This document shows positions 39,896-49,070 of a stretch of DNA of 64,000 nucleotides, in pieces. The stretch's first letter is position 1. Each line of letters starts with the position of its first letter. Origin of the DNA: an uncultured Collinsella sp. (lineage in GTDB: Bacteria; Actinomycetota; Coriobacteriia; Coriobacteriales; Coriobacteriaceae); contig URRB01000010.1 in assembly GCA_900550195.1 (NCBI GenBank), forward strand, positions 11,979 through 75,978, in the 5' to 3' direction. The notes beneath the pieces were generated by a model. That model was not told the DNA's origin and did not search any database. It was given only the letters and a program-made list of their open reading frames with translations. A program made the translations under genes and the position numbers.

Positions 39896-42340
39896 GTGAA
39901 CGCCTTTGACCGCTACGCCCCGTTTATCCAAGACTTCATCTACTCCCACGATTGGGAGAGTCTACGCTCCATCCAGGTTGCAGCAGCTGATGCCATCTTT
40001 AACACTCAGGACAATGTGCTCCTGACGGCATCCACGGCTTCCGGCAAAACCGAGGCAGCCTTCTTTCCCATCCTGACCGAGTTTTGGGAGAACCCGCCCG
40101 CGAGCGTTGGCGCCCTCTACATCGGCCCCCTCAAGGCACTCATCAATGATCAGTTCGTCCGCCTCAACGACCTGTGCGAAGAGGCCGATATCCCCGTCTG
40201 GCACTGGCATGGCGATGTTTCGCAGTCGCACAAGGCTAAGCTCATCAAAAAACCGAGCGGTATCTTGCAGATTACGCCCGAGTCGCTCGAGGCGCTCCTG
40301 ATCCATAAGCACATGGCAATCCCTCGTATGTTCTGCGACCTGCGCTATGTGGTTATCGACGAGGTTCATTCGCTCATGCGCGGCGACCGCGGCGGTCAGA
40401 CGCTCTGCCTTATCGAGCGCCTCTCGCGCATGGCGGGCGTGCAGCCCCGCCGCATCGGCCTTTCTGCCACCATCGGCGACCCCGAGCGCACGGGCGCCTT
40501 TCTCTCACAGGGAACAGGACGCGATTGCATCATCCCCCGCTTTGAGGAACCGCGCCGCGTGTGGCGCATCTCCATGGAGCACTTCTACAACTCGGGTCCC
40601 CAGGCACAGCAGCGGGGATTCGAGAGCACGGGTCCACAAGAAGCCGAGATGCTTGCTTGCGAGCGTATTGAGCCGGCGGCGCCCGCGGCGCTGCCGGCTG
40701 GCGCCCAAGACGTGCGCCACAGCGGACAGCTTACACAGGAGGAACGCCGTCAACGTCGTGAGCGGGCACGGGGCAAGGCCGCTCCCAAAGACCGTCGCAC
40801 TTCTTCGGCCCCCGAGGGCGAAGTCGATATCCCCCGGGCCGATGAGCAGGCGCTCCTCAACCCCACCGACACCGCGCCCGAAAACGCCGATCCCGGCATG
40901 GGCTATATCTTTGAACACACCCGCGGGCGCAAGTGCCTGGTCTTTGCCAACTCGCGCGAGGAGGCAGAGGCCGTGTGCTCCATGCTGCGCAGCTACTGCG
41001 AGAGCCGGCACGAGCCCGACCGTTTTCTCATCCACCATGGCAATCTTTCGGCATCGCTGCGCGAAACGGCCGAGGAACTCATGCGCGATGAGGAGCAGGC
41101 ACAGACAACCGTCACCACCTCCACGCTGGAACTAGGTATCGATATCGGCCGTCTGGAGCGTGCGTTTCAGATCGACGCGCCGTTTACCGTCAGCTCCTTT
41201 TTGCAGCGAATGGGCCGCACGGGGCGCCGCGATCTTCCGCCCGAGATGTGGTTTGTCATGCGCGAGGAGGAACCCGAGCCGCGCACGATGATGCCCGAGA
41301 CCATTCCGTGGAAGCTCCTGCAGGGCATCGCGCTCGTACAACTCTATCGCGAGGAAAAGTGGGTCGAGCCGCCCGAGCTCGATCGACTCCCCTACAGCCT
41401 GCTCTACCACCAGACTATGTCGACGCTTGCCAGCACCGGCGAACTCACGCCGGCAGAGCTTGCCCAGCGCGTGCTCACACTCAGCTATTTCCATCGCATC
41501 TCGGCCGATGACTATCGCGTGTTGCTGCGTCACCTCATTAAGATCGACCATATCCAAGTCACCGAGGGCGGCGGGCTCATCGTGGGTCTCGCGGGCGAGC
41601 GCATCATCAACAACTTTAAGTTCTACGCCGTGTTCCAGGAAAACGAGGAGTTCACCGTTCGCAGCGAATCGGCCGAGCTGGGCACGATTGTCAACCCGCC
41701 CCCGCCCGGTGAGCGCATTGCCATCGCCGGCCATTGCTGGACTGTCGAGGAAGTGGACTGGAAGCGTCACACCGTCTTTGCCACGCAGGTCAAGGGCCGG
41801 GTGCCGGCCTACTTTGGCGACTGCCCCGGCGACATCAATACACACGTACTCGAACGTATGCGCAAGGCGCTCAACGAGCACGCGGCGTATCCGTACCTGA
41901 TGGGTAACGCGCGGGCCCGTCTGGCGCAGGCTCGCCATACGGCCGAGATTTCGGGCGCGGGAACTAAGCCGCTCATCAACCTGGGTGGCGACACCTGGGT
42001 GCTCTTCCCCTGGTTGGGCAGCTACGCCTTTTTGGCGCTCGAGCGCATGCTCAAGATTAAATGCGCCGCTGAGTTGGGCCTTCGCGGACTCGACCCGTCA
42101 CGCCCGTACTTTATGCAGTTTAAGATGAAGGCCGACGAGGAGACGTTCTTTGAAGTGCTCGCCGCCGAAGCCGAGAAAGACTTCGACCCCATCGACCTCG
42201 TCTATCCCGGCGAGGTGCCTTACTTTGATCGGTACGACGAATTCGTTCCAGAAGAGCTCGTGCGCAAAGGCTTTGCCGAAGGCGTGCTCGACATCGAAGA
42301 CATGAAGCAGCGCGTCCTCGGCTGGCGCGACCACGCCTAA
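39896..42340 (+). CDS. sngC: Lhr-like DEAD/DEAH helicase (Shango SngC-like)
   Basis: TASGKTEA, PLKALINDQ, TPESLE, DEVH, SAT, HHG, TSTLELGIDIG, QRMGRTGRR; RBS AAAGGAGG. Confidence 0.87.
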   Translation: MNAFDRYAPFIQDFIYSHDWESLRSIQVAAADAIFNTQDNVLLTASTASGKTEAAFFPILTEFWENPPASVGALYIGPLKALINDQFVRLNDLCEEADIPVWHWHGDVSQSHKAKLIKKPSGILQITPESLEALLIHKHMAIPRMFCDLRYVVIDEVHSLMRGDRGGQTLCLIERLSRMAGVQPRRIGLSATIGDPERTGAFLSQGTGRDCIIPRFEEPRRVWRISMEHFYNSGPQAQQRGFESTGPQEAEMLACERIEPAAPAALPAGAQDVRHSGQLTQEERRQRRERARGKAAPKDRRTSSAPEGEVDIPRADEQALLNPTDTAPENADPGMGYIFEHTRGRKCLVFANSREEAEAVCSMLRSYCESRHEPDRFLIHHGNLSASLRETAEELMRDEEQAQTTVTTSTLELGIDIGRLERAFQIDAPFTVSSFLQRMGRTGRRDLPPEMWFVMREEEPEPRTMMPETIPWKLLQGIALVQLYREEKWVEPPELDRLPYSLLYHQTMSTLASTGELTPAELAQRVLTLSYFHRISADDYRVLLRHLIKIDHIQVTEGGGLIVGLAGERIINNFKFYAVFQENEEFTVRSESAELGTIVNPPPPGERIAIAGHCWTVEEVDWKRHTVFATQVKGRVPAYFGDCPGDINTHVLERMRKALNEHAAYPYLMGNARARLAQARHTAEISGAGTKPLINLGGDTWVLFPWLGSYAFLALERMLKIKCAAELGLRGLDPSRPYFMQFKMKADEETFFEVLAAEAEKDFDPIDLVYPGEVPYFDRYDEFVPEELVRKGFAEGVLDIEDMKQRVLGWRDHA

Positions 42341-42366
42341 GACCAGTCTTTTTGGGACGGGGAGAC

Positions 42367-43245
42367 CTATTTGTCGTGAAGAACGGTGCCGAGGAAGTCG
42401 GTGTCGAAGGGCACGGCTTCGGCAAAGGCGTAGTTGCCGTCGCTGGCGATGAGCAGGTAGTTCTCCTCGCCGCCGAACTCTGCATCGCCACATGGGACCA
42501 CCCAAGCATGGTCGAACACCTCAAGCGCCGTGGCGGCACAGTCGCGCAGGAACGTCACATCGCTCCCCTCGTTTGCACTCACGATATTGGCAACGTAGAC
42601 GCCACCGACATTTAGGCTGCCCCGCACCAGGCGCAGCGCCTCAACGGTCGCCAGCTCACGCACGGGCTCGGCACCGCCAAAGCAATCGCTCACGACCACG
42701 TCGTAACGGCGATGGCCCACGCTCGTCACGCCCAGGTACGAACGCGCCTCGGCGGTAATCACCCGTAGGCGATCGCCCGCCGCGCGCTCCAGCTCGTCTA
42801 GGTAGAACCAGCGGCGCGCCAGGCGCGTAATCTCTCCGTCATACTCGATGACGTCCATGCGCAAGCCCTCGTGCGACATCAGGGCGAATTTAGGATAGGC
42901 AAACCCGCCGCCGCCCAGCATAAGCATGCGGTCGATACCGTGACCATAAGCGTCGCGCATCGCATCCTCGGCCTCAAACACGTCGTCAAACGCGCGATAG
43001 TACGCAAAGACGGGCTCCGCCCAGCGCTCGCCAACGTAGCTTGCACTTTGGTAGACGCCGCCTTGCACCAATACGCGGACTTCGTCGCCACCCTCGTCGT
43101 GCACGCGTTTCACACGCGCCAACCCATTGCGGGTTCGCGCAACCTGCAGACAGGCAGCACGAACAGCGACAGCGGCCGCACCAAGCGCCGCGGCTCCCAG
43201 AGCAACGCCGGCAACGACGCCGGCAGAAACACTCGGCTTGTTCAT
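42367..43245 (-). CDS. Spermidine-synthase-like SAM-dependent transferase
   Basis: QS, LMLGGGGF.YP, VIEYD, YDVVVSDCF, L.T.E, GG.YV.N. Confidence 0.75.
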   Translation of the reverse strand: MNKPSVSAGVVAGVALGAAALGAAAVAVRAACLQVARTRNGLARVKRVHDEGGDEVRVLVQGGVYQSASYVGERWAEPVFAYYRAFDDVFEAEDAMRDAYGHGIDRMLMLGGGGFAYPKFALMSHEGLRMDVIEYDGEITRLARRWFYLDELERAAGDRLRVITAEARSYLGVTSVGHRRYDVVVSDCFGGAEPVRELATVEALRLVRGSLNVGGVYVANIVSANEGSDVTFLRDCAATALEVFDHAWVVPCGDAEFGGEENYLLIASDGNYAFAEAVPFDTDFLGTVLHDK

Positions 43246-45150
43246 TTAGAGCTCCTTTTGCAGATAGAGTCCGTGGTCGTAGAAACCCAAATGGCGATAG
43301 TACTCGCGCGTACCGATCGCGCTGATCACGTTGATGCGCGCATAGCCCGCGTCCCGAGCAATATGGCACGCACGCTCCACCAGCGACCGTCCCAATCCAT
43401 GGTGCTGGGCTGCCTGGCCTTGATCCCCCACGCGCGCCGCCATGCCATACACGTGTACCTCGCGAATCATCGCCTCGTCCGGCATCGTCGGCAACTCGTC
43501 CGCATGTGCGGCAACAAAAGCGCGAACGGGCAGCGACAGACGCAAAAAGCCGGCGATCTTGCCTTCGGGCGTCACCCACTGCAAAAAGCGTTCACGCGTC
43601 ACCGGCGTCTCGTAAGCGACCTCATCAAGAGACAGTTCATCCAGGTCGGCACCCGCGGTACTGATCTCGCGATAGCGAATCTCGCGCACCGTCGCACCGT
43701 CACCCCGAGCAGCCAGGCGGTTCTCAACGAGCTGACGCAGGTTGGGCTTCTTGTTGCCCACCATGATGTCGTCGGAGCTAAAGTCGCGGATCATGCGGCT
43801 GATGCGGCAGAACGCCGGCGTCACCACGATGTCGTCGGCCAGCACATCGAGCAGTTCTTCCTCGGTATAGGGGCGCCACTCGCCGCGCTCATAGCGGCCC
43901 ACCAGACGCGAGCCCTCGATGAGCGCGCACGGGTAGACCTTGACCTCGTCGGGCATAAAGGCCCCCTCGGTCATAAAGCGCTCGTAGTCGCGCTTGTCCC
44001 CCTCGGGCGTGGCGCCCAGCAAGTTGAGCATAAAATGCGCGTGGATCTTAAAGCCAAACAGACGCGCAAGCGAAAACGCCCGCTCGATCTGAGCCACCGA
44101 AATGCGACGCTCGTTGATATCGAGCAGGTGCTGGTTGAGGCTCTGGATGCCCATCTGAATCTTGGTGCAACCCAGGCGGCGGATAAGCGTGAGCGCCTGG
44201 GGCGTCACGGCATCGGGGCGCGTCTCGATAACGAGCCCCACCACGCGATGCTTCGCCGTCTCGTTGATGCGCTGCTGACGCTCAAGCTCCTCCATCGTTG
44301 CCGTCTGCCACTCAGTGACCTCGCCCCACGGCGTACCGGGACCGTACAGACGACGCACCGCACGGTTATAGCCGCCCACGGCAGCATCCACACGCCCCTG
44401 CTCGTCGGCAACGCCGGCAGCAAGCTCGACCTCGTCTGTCGCAATGCCGGCGGCCCGATAGCGCTCACGGCGCTCTGCTACCACAGGCGGCAGGGCATCG
44501 GCGGGAGTGTCATCGAGCAGACGCCCCGCCTCGGCACGGCTGATGCCCGGACGCGCCAACATGGGGTTAGCCGCCACACCAGCCACGGCATCGTCATTGA
44601 GCGCGCGGAAGAGCTCCGACATAAACCACGCCTGATACCCTTGCGGATAGTCGCTCCAGGTACCGCCAAGCACAATGAGCTCGATCTTATCGGTCGCATG
44701 CCCCATCTGCGAAAGCGCGGTCAGGCGAGCGCTCACCTGCAGATACGGGTCAAAGCAATTTTGCTCCGCACGGGCGCATGCCGGCTCGGCGTGCAGATAG
44801 CTCTTGGACATGCGCAGATCGTTGGGGCAAAACAGGCAATCGCCCGAGCATGGCCAGGGCTTGGTAATGACGGTAATGGTCGCCACGCCCGAGGCCGTTC
44901 GGCGCGGCTTCATACGCAGGACCTGCAGCAGTCGACGTTCCAGCTCGGCATCGACATTCCACCCAGCCCAACGAGCCGGCTCCTCACGTTTTACCCGCTG
45001 GTAGAACGGCAGCAGACGGCGCTTGGCCAAATCGCGTTTGTCGGCACCCTCACGGCGCGCCTCGGCATGTATCAGTTTGACGAGCGCTTTGTCGTCCACG
45101 GTCTCGCCGCGACGCAGAGCCTCGAGTATGTTCAAGATAATCTGTTCCAT
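43246..45150 (-). CDS. elp3: Elp3-family tRNA U34 carboxymethyltransferase (radical SAM + KAT)
   Basis: RT.SGV, PCSGDCLFCP, KSY..EP, KIELIVLGGTW, ETRPD, IREVHVYG, QH.GLG, ISAIGTREYY. Confidence 0.9.
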   Translation of the reverse strand: MEQIILNILEALRRGETVDDKALVKLIHAEARREGADKRDLAKRRLLPFYQRVKREEPARWAGWNVDAELERRLLQVLRMKPRRTASGVATITVITKPWPCSGDCLFCPNDLRMSKSYLHAEPACARAEQNCFDPYLQVSARLTALSQMGHATDKIELIVLGGTWSDYPQGYQAWFMSELFRALNDDAVAGVAANPMLARPGISRAEAGRLLDDTPADALPPVVAERRERYRAAGIATDEVELAAGVADEQGRVDAAVGGYNRAVRRLYGPGTPWGEVTEWQTATMEELERQQRINETAKHRVVGLVIETRPDAVTPQALTLIRRLGCTKIQMGIQSLNQHLLDINERRISVAQIERAFSLARLFGFKIHAHFMLNLLGATPEGDKRDYERFMTEGAFMPDEVKVYPCALIEGSRLVGRYERGEWRPYTEEELLDVLADDIVVTPAFCRISRMIRDFSSDDIMVGNKKPNLRQLVENRLAARGDGATVREIRYREISTAGADLDELSLDEVAYETPVTRERFLQWVTPEGKIAGFLRLSLPVRAFVAAHADELPTMPDEAMIREVHVYGMAARVGDQGQAAQHHGLGRSLVERACHIARDAGYARINVISAIGTREYYRHLGFYDHGLYLQKEL

Positions 45151-45247
45151 GCCCCCATTGTAAAGGCAAAGGCGCCGAAGCCGACCACGGCCCCGGCGCC
45201 TCCATCAAAGAGCATGCCTATATGTACCGATCTCCGAAAACCGCATG

Positions 45248-46150
45248 TCACTCCGGATCAAACGACATGTCGCCCGAACCGACCTCGAAACGATACGTAG
45301 CAGACTTATCGCCGTTGTCGAATTCAAGATTCAATATGGTCTCGCCATCGTAGCCAAGCGGAAGGAAATCGCTCTCGAAGTCACCGCTGCCCACGGTGAG
45401 GCTCGCCTTAAAGCCCGTAGAGTTCGGAACCGTCATCTCCACATCGCCCGAGTCCACGCTTACGTCCATCGACTTCGCGGGGGCCTGGTAGAGCTCGAAC
45501 GTCACATCGCCCGAACCGACCTCGGCATTCAGAGTGTCGGTCACGGTGCCCGCAAACGCGACGTCTCCCGAGTCCAACGTCAAATCAAAGTCGTGGCACG
45601 CAATGTCCGCGACCGTCAGGTCTCCCAACCCCACGTTTGCCGTAATGCCCATCATGTTATCGGCAAGCTCACGCGGCAGTTCAATGGTGACCTTACGGTC
45701 ATGGGCGCGCTCGTCATCGCAGTCGAACTGGCTAATCTTGAGTGTAGAGCCCTCGATCTTAACCAGATTCTGAGTGGCGGCATCGGAAGCAGACGCCCCC
45801 TTTGCAACGCGCCCGCTTTCGACGACACGTACCGGTCCGCCAGAGACACGTTTAATCTCGACCGCCCCCGACGTCACATCCAAGTCGAGCGATTGGAACG
45901 CGTCTTCGTCAAAAGTCGTGCTCGAAAGTTGCTGAGGCCGAGCGGAATATTTACCGCCATCGTTCATAAAATCGTCGTCGTCAACCACATCGTCCATACC
46001 GGACAAGCCGGATACAACATCGTCGAGATCCCACGGGCCATCAAAATGAATCAAAGTCCGCGAAGTGCCAAAGACGAGCCCGATGATGAGCACAAACGCT
46101 CCGATGCCAACGCCCAAGCGTACCTTGGATTCATGCGAAAGCTTCATCAT
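45248..46150 (-). CDS. DUF4097/putative adhesin beta-repeat protein
   Basis: N-terminal TM helix; repeated SGD.. beta motifs. Confidence 0.75.
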   Translation of the reverse strand: MMKLSHESKVRLGVGIGAFVLIIGLVFGTSRTLIHFDGPWDLDDVVSGLSGMDDVVDDDDFMNDGGKYSARPQQLSSTTFDEDAFQSLDLDVTSGAVEIKRVSGGPVRVVESGRVAKGASASDAATQNLVKIEGSTLKISQFDCDDERAHDRKVTIELPRELADNMMGITANVGLGDLTVADIACHDFDLTLDSGDVAFAGTVTDTLNAEVGSGDVTFELYQAPAKSMDVSVDSGDVEMTVPNSTGFKASLTVGSGDFESDFLPLGYDGETILNLEFDNGDKSATYRFEVGSGDMSFDPE

Positions 46151-46863
46151 TCATCGCCCTCTTTGGCAATCGGCTCAGCGGTAGTCGCGGTAGCCACGTC
46201 AGTATCAACCGGGGCGGAAGCATTCCGAGCCCTAGCGACCGCCGGCGCCGGACCAACCTGGATATCCCCGCGCGCCCAATCGCCATCGAGCGCACGCGCC
46301 ACCCAGTGATAGATGGGGATCGTAAAGAAGATCAGCGCGGCAAAGGGACCGGCACCAAACAGGAACATCAGCAAAAAGAACAGTAGCCAACACACGGCCC
46401 AATACGGGAACGACTGGAACGGGCCCTTCACCGGAGTCGAGCCAACTGCGGTGCCACTCGTCGCCTGCGCCGTAGCGGCATTGGCGGCCTGCGCACTCCA
46501 ACTTGCCGCTTGCGCCGCCTTGGCGGCGGCGTCACTCGCCTGTGTTGCCGCCTCGGTAGCTCGTGCCGCCGCCTCATGGGTGCGTGCGCGCTCTGCCGCC
46601 TCGGCCTCGCGCTGACGAGCGCGGTCCTCGTTCTCAAACTCGATATCGTCCTCGATCTCGTCGCTCGGATTGAGCAGCTCGTCCAGGCTCACACCATAGA
46701 GTTTGGCGAGCGAGATCAGGTTCTCGGTATCGGGCGAGCTCTCCGCGCGCTCCCATTTACTGACCGCCTGGCGCGACAGTCCCAGCTTTCGTGACAGCCC
46801 TTCTTGACTAAAGCCTTTGCTGCGGCGAAGGTCGGCGAGCCGCTGCGCAGTTTCTACATTCAT
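46147..46863 (-). CDS. XRE-family HTH regulator with C-terminal TM helices
   Basis: LRR..G.SQE.L...LG.SRQAVSKWE...S.PD..NL; RBS AGGAGG. Confidence 0.88.
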   Translation of the reverse strand: MNVETAQRLADLRRSKGFSQEGLSRKLGLSRQAVSKWERAESSPDTENLISLAKLYGVSLDELLNPSDEIEDDIEFENEDRARQREAEAAERARTHEAAARATEAATQASDAAAKAAQAASWSAQAANAATAQATSGTAVGSTPVKGPFQSFPYWAVCWLLFFLLMFLFGAGPFAALIFFTIPIYHWVARALDGDWARGDIQVGPAPAVARARNASAPVDTDVATATTAEPIAKEGDE

Positions 46864-47130
46864 GGTTCCTCCTATGTGATGCCAGCCGTACCGCCGGACC
46901 GCTTTTGTTCTTAAGGCGCCTTGCACAGTTAAAAATCTATCCGCCACTGCCAAAAGCATGCCACCTATTCTAGTGAGATTTTTGACAACCGGCGGTTGCG
47001 GGTGCATATGAGCTGCGGAAATGTGTCCAAACAAAGCAATGGCGCCTAGCTCAGTTGTCCCCGTTGCGGCGTTAACGGTAGTATGGTCATACTGTTTATT
47101 CCGCACCGCCAACGGAGGGAGTTCCGCGCC

Positions 47131-48003
47131 GTGAACCGCGATTTCGCCTCATCGCTCATCCAGCTCAACAACACGTTCTATCGCGAGCACTCCGCCTCCT
47201 TCTCCGATACGCGCCAGGCCCCGTGGCCCGGCTGGGTGCGCACCATGGATATCGCGCTCGGGCAGCTCGACGTCGCCACGATCGAGCATCCCGTCCGTGT
47301 CTTCGATCTTGCCTGCGGCAATATGCGATTCGAGAACTTTGCCGCCGGCGGCGCACTTGCCGCCAAGGGCGTCGACGGCGCAAATCCCTCGGCAAATGTC
47401 AGCTGTCCGTTTGAGTTCTACGGCGTCGACTCGTGCCAGGATCTGGCCATCGATGCGCGCGGCCACGCCCTGCGCATCCCCAACCTGCACTTCCAGGAAC
47501 TCGACGTGCTCGATGCCCTCATGAAGCTCAACCCCGCCGAGACGCCCGACGCGCTCTTCGATGCACCGCTTGCCGATATCTCGGTCTGCTTTGGCTTTAT
47601 GCACCATGTGCCGTCGTGCGAGTACCGCGTACGCGTGCTCGACGCCCTGGTGCGCCAGACGCGCCCGGGCGGCATCATCGCTATCAGCTTTTGGGAGTTT
47701 ATGAACGACGAGCGCATGGCGCGCAAGGCCGTTCGCGCCGAAGCCCGCGCCGAGCTCACCCCGCCGTTTGAGGGCTACGACTCCGCGCAGTTTGAAGCCG
47801 GCGACCACCTCATTGGCTGGCAAAATGACCGCCATGCTTACCGCTATTGCCACCACTTTGACGATCAGCAGATCACCGACCTGGTGCGCGGCGTTCGCAC
47901 GTTCTACAAGAGCGGTGAGGTCCCCGTGCGCGAGCTTGAGCGCTTCCATGCCGATGGTCGCAGCGGCGAGCTCAATCGCTATGTAATTCTTAAGCGCCTG
48001 TAG
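47131..48003 (+). CDS. Class I SAM-dependent methyltransferase, Trm9-like
   Basis: FSDTRQAPWP, DLACGN, MHH.P....R, RPGG...ISFW, YRYCHHF. Confidence 0.75.
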   Translation: MNRDFASSLIQLNNTFYREHSASFSDTRQAPWPGWVRTMDIALGQLDVATIEHPVRVFDLACGNMRFENFAAGGALAAKGVDGANPSANVSCPFEFYGVDSCQDLAIDARGHALRIPNLHFQELDVLDALMKLNPAETPDALFDAPLADISVCFGFMHHVPSCEYRVRVLDALVRQTRPGGIIAISFWEFMNDERMARKAVRAEARAELTPPFEGYDSAQFEAGDHLIGWQNDRHAYRYCHHFDDQQITDLVRGVRTFYKSGEVPVRELERFHADGRSGELNRYVILKRL

Positions 48004-48121
48004 GACCAAGCGACTCGCCGCTGAGCCGCACCGCAACTTTCGGGCACATTGCGCCCGCCCTCTTCCAACCCATTGCCGGAACGTGCAGCCATGCGTTCCA
48101 TACTTATGACCAAGGAGCCTC

Positions 48122-48961
48122 ATGGGAGCCGTCCACGTTCGCACGCCTAAGAACTTTGTGCTCGAGGAGCGCCTGGAGCGCTACGCCGATGCGATCGAGA
48201 CGAACCCCGAGAACTATGCCGGACACTGGTGTGAGGCATGCACGCCGGCTGGCGGCAAGCCCTTCGGCCGCCTTCATCTCGACCTAGGCTGCGGCAAAGG
48301 AACTTACCTGGTTGAGCGCGCTCGCCGTGAGCCCGATACCCTCTTTATCGGTATGGACCAGGAGCCCATCTGCATCGCCTATGCCGCTCAGAAGATCTGC
48401 GAGCAGGAACTGCCCAACGCGCTCGTGCTGCCCCGAGGCGCCGCATCGCTGCCGCAGCTGTTCGCCGCAGGCGAGCTCGATGCCATCACTATCAACTTTC
48501 CCACGCCGCAGCTCAAGGCCAAGTACGCCAAAAAGCGACTTGTCCATGTCGACCATCTGATGCTCTACCGTCCGCTCTTTGCTGCCGGCGCCACCGTCGC
48601 ACTGCGCACCGACAGTAAACCACTGCGCGACTACGCCCTGGGTCAGTTTGCCGCGGCCGGCTACGACACGCTTTGGGTAAGTGACGACGTCCGCCGCGAC
48701 CATCCCGAGCATCCCGAGACCGAATACGAGTGCCGAACGCGCGAGATGGGCGCTGTCGTCTATGGCATCTGCGCCACACCCGGTGCGGAGCCCACCGAAG
48801 AGCAGCTCGCGGCAGGCCGGGCGCAGGAGCAGAGCCTCGCCTGCTATCTGCCCGACGATCTCGATGAACTCACCTACGTGCCCCTCGGCATGGAAGAAGC
48901 CGTTGAGAACTTTAAGAACCGCGCCCGCAAGGGTAAGAAGCGCCTGCCGCAAGAACGCTAA
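48122..48961 (+). CDS. trmB: tRNA (guanine-N7)-methyltransferase
   Basis: LDLGCGKG, INFP.P..K..KKRL, RTD, TEYE. Confidence 0.85.
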   Translation: MGAVHVRTPKNFVLEERLERYADAIETNPENYAGHWCEACTPAGGKPFGRLHLDLGCGKGTYLVERARREPDTLFIGMDQEPICIAYAAQKICEQELPNALVLPRGAASLPQLFAAGELDAITINFPTPQLKAKYAKKRLVHVDHLMLYRPLFAAGATVALRTDSKPLRDYALGQFAAAGYDTLWVSDDVRRDHPEHPETEYECRTREMGAVVYGICATPGAEPTEEQLAAGRAQEQSLACYLPDDLDELTYVPLGMEEAVENFKNRARKGKKRLPQER

Positions 48962-49070
48962 CGACCGCTCGCATCACACGCCCATTTCCTGCATTTTCTC
49001 GCGTGCTGGCACCCCACGCCGCCGCTACGCCATAATGGATGGCGGACAAACGCGAGAGAAAGCAAACCAC

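Noticed and set aside
40590..40890. Intein in the helicase
   Set aside because: No Cys/Ser start block, no His-Asn end and no LAGLIDADG motifs
42871..45300. 809-aa plus-strand ORF
   Set aside because: Antisense shadow of elp3
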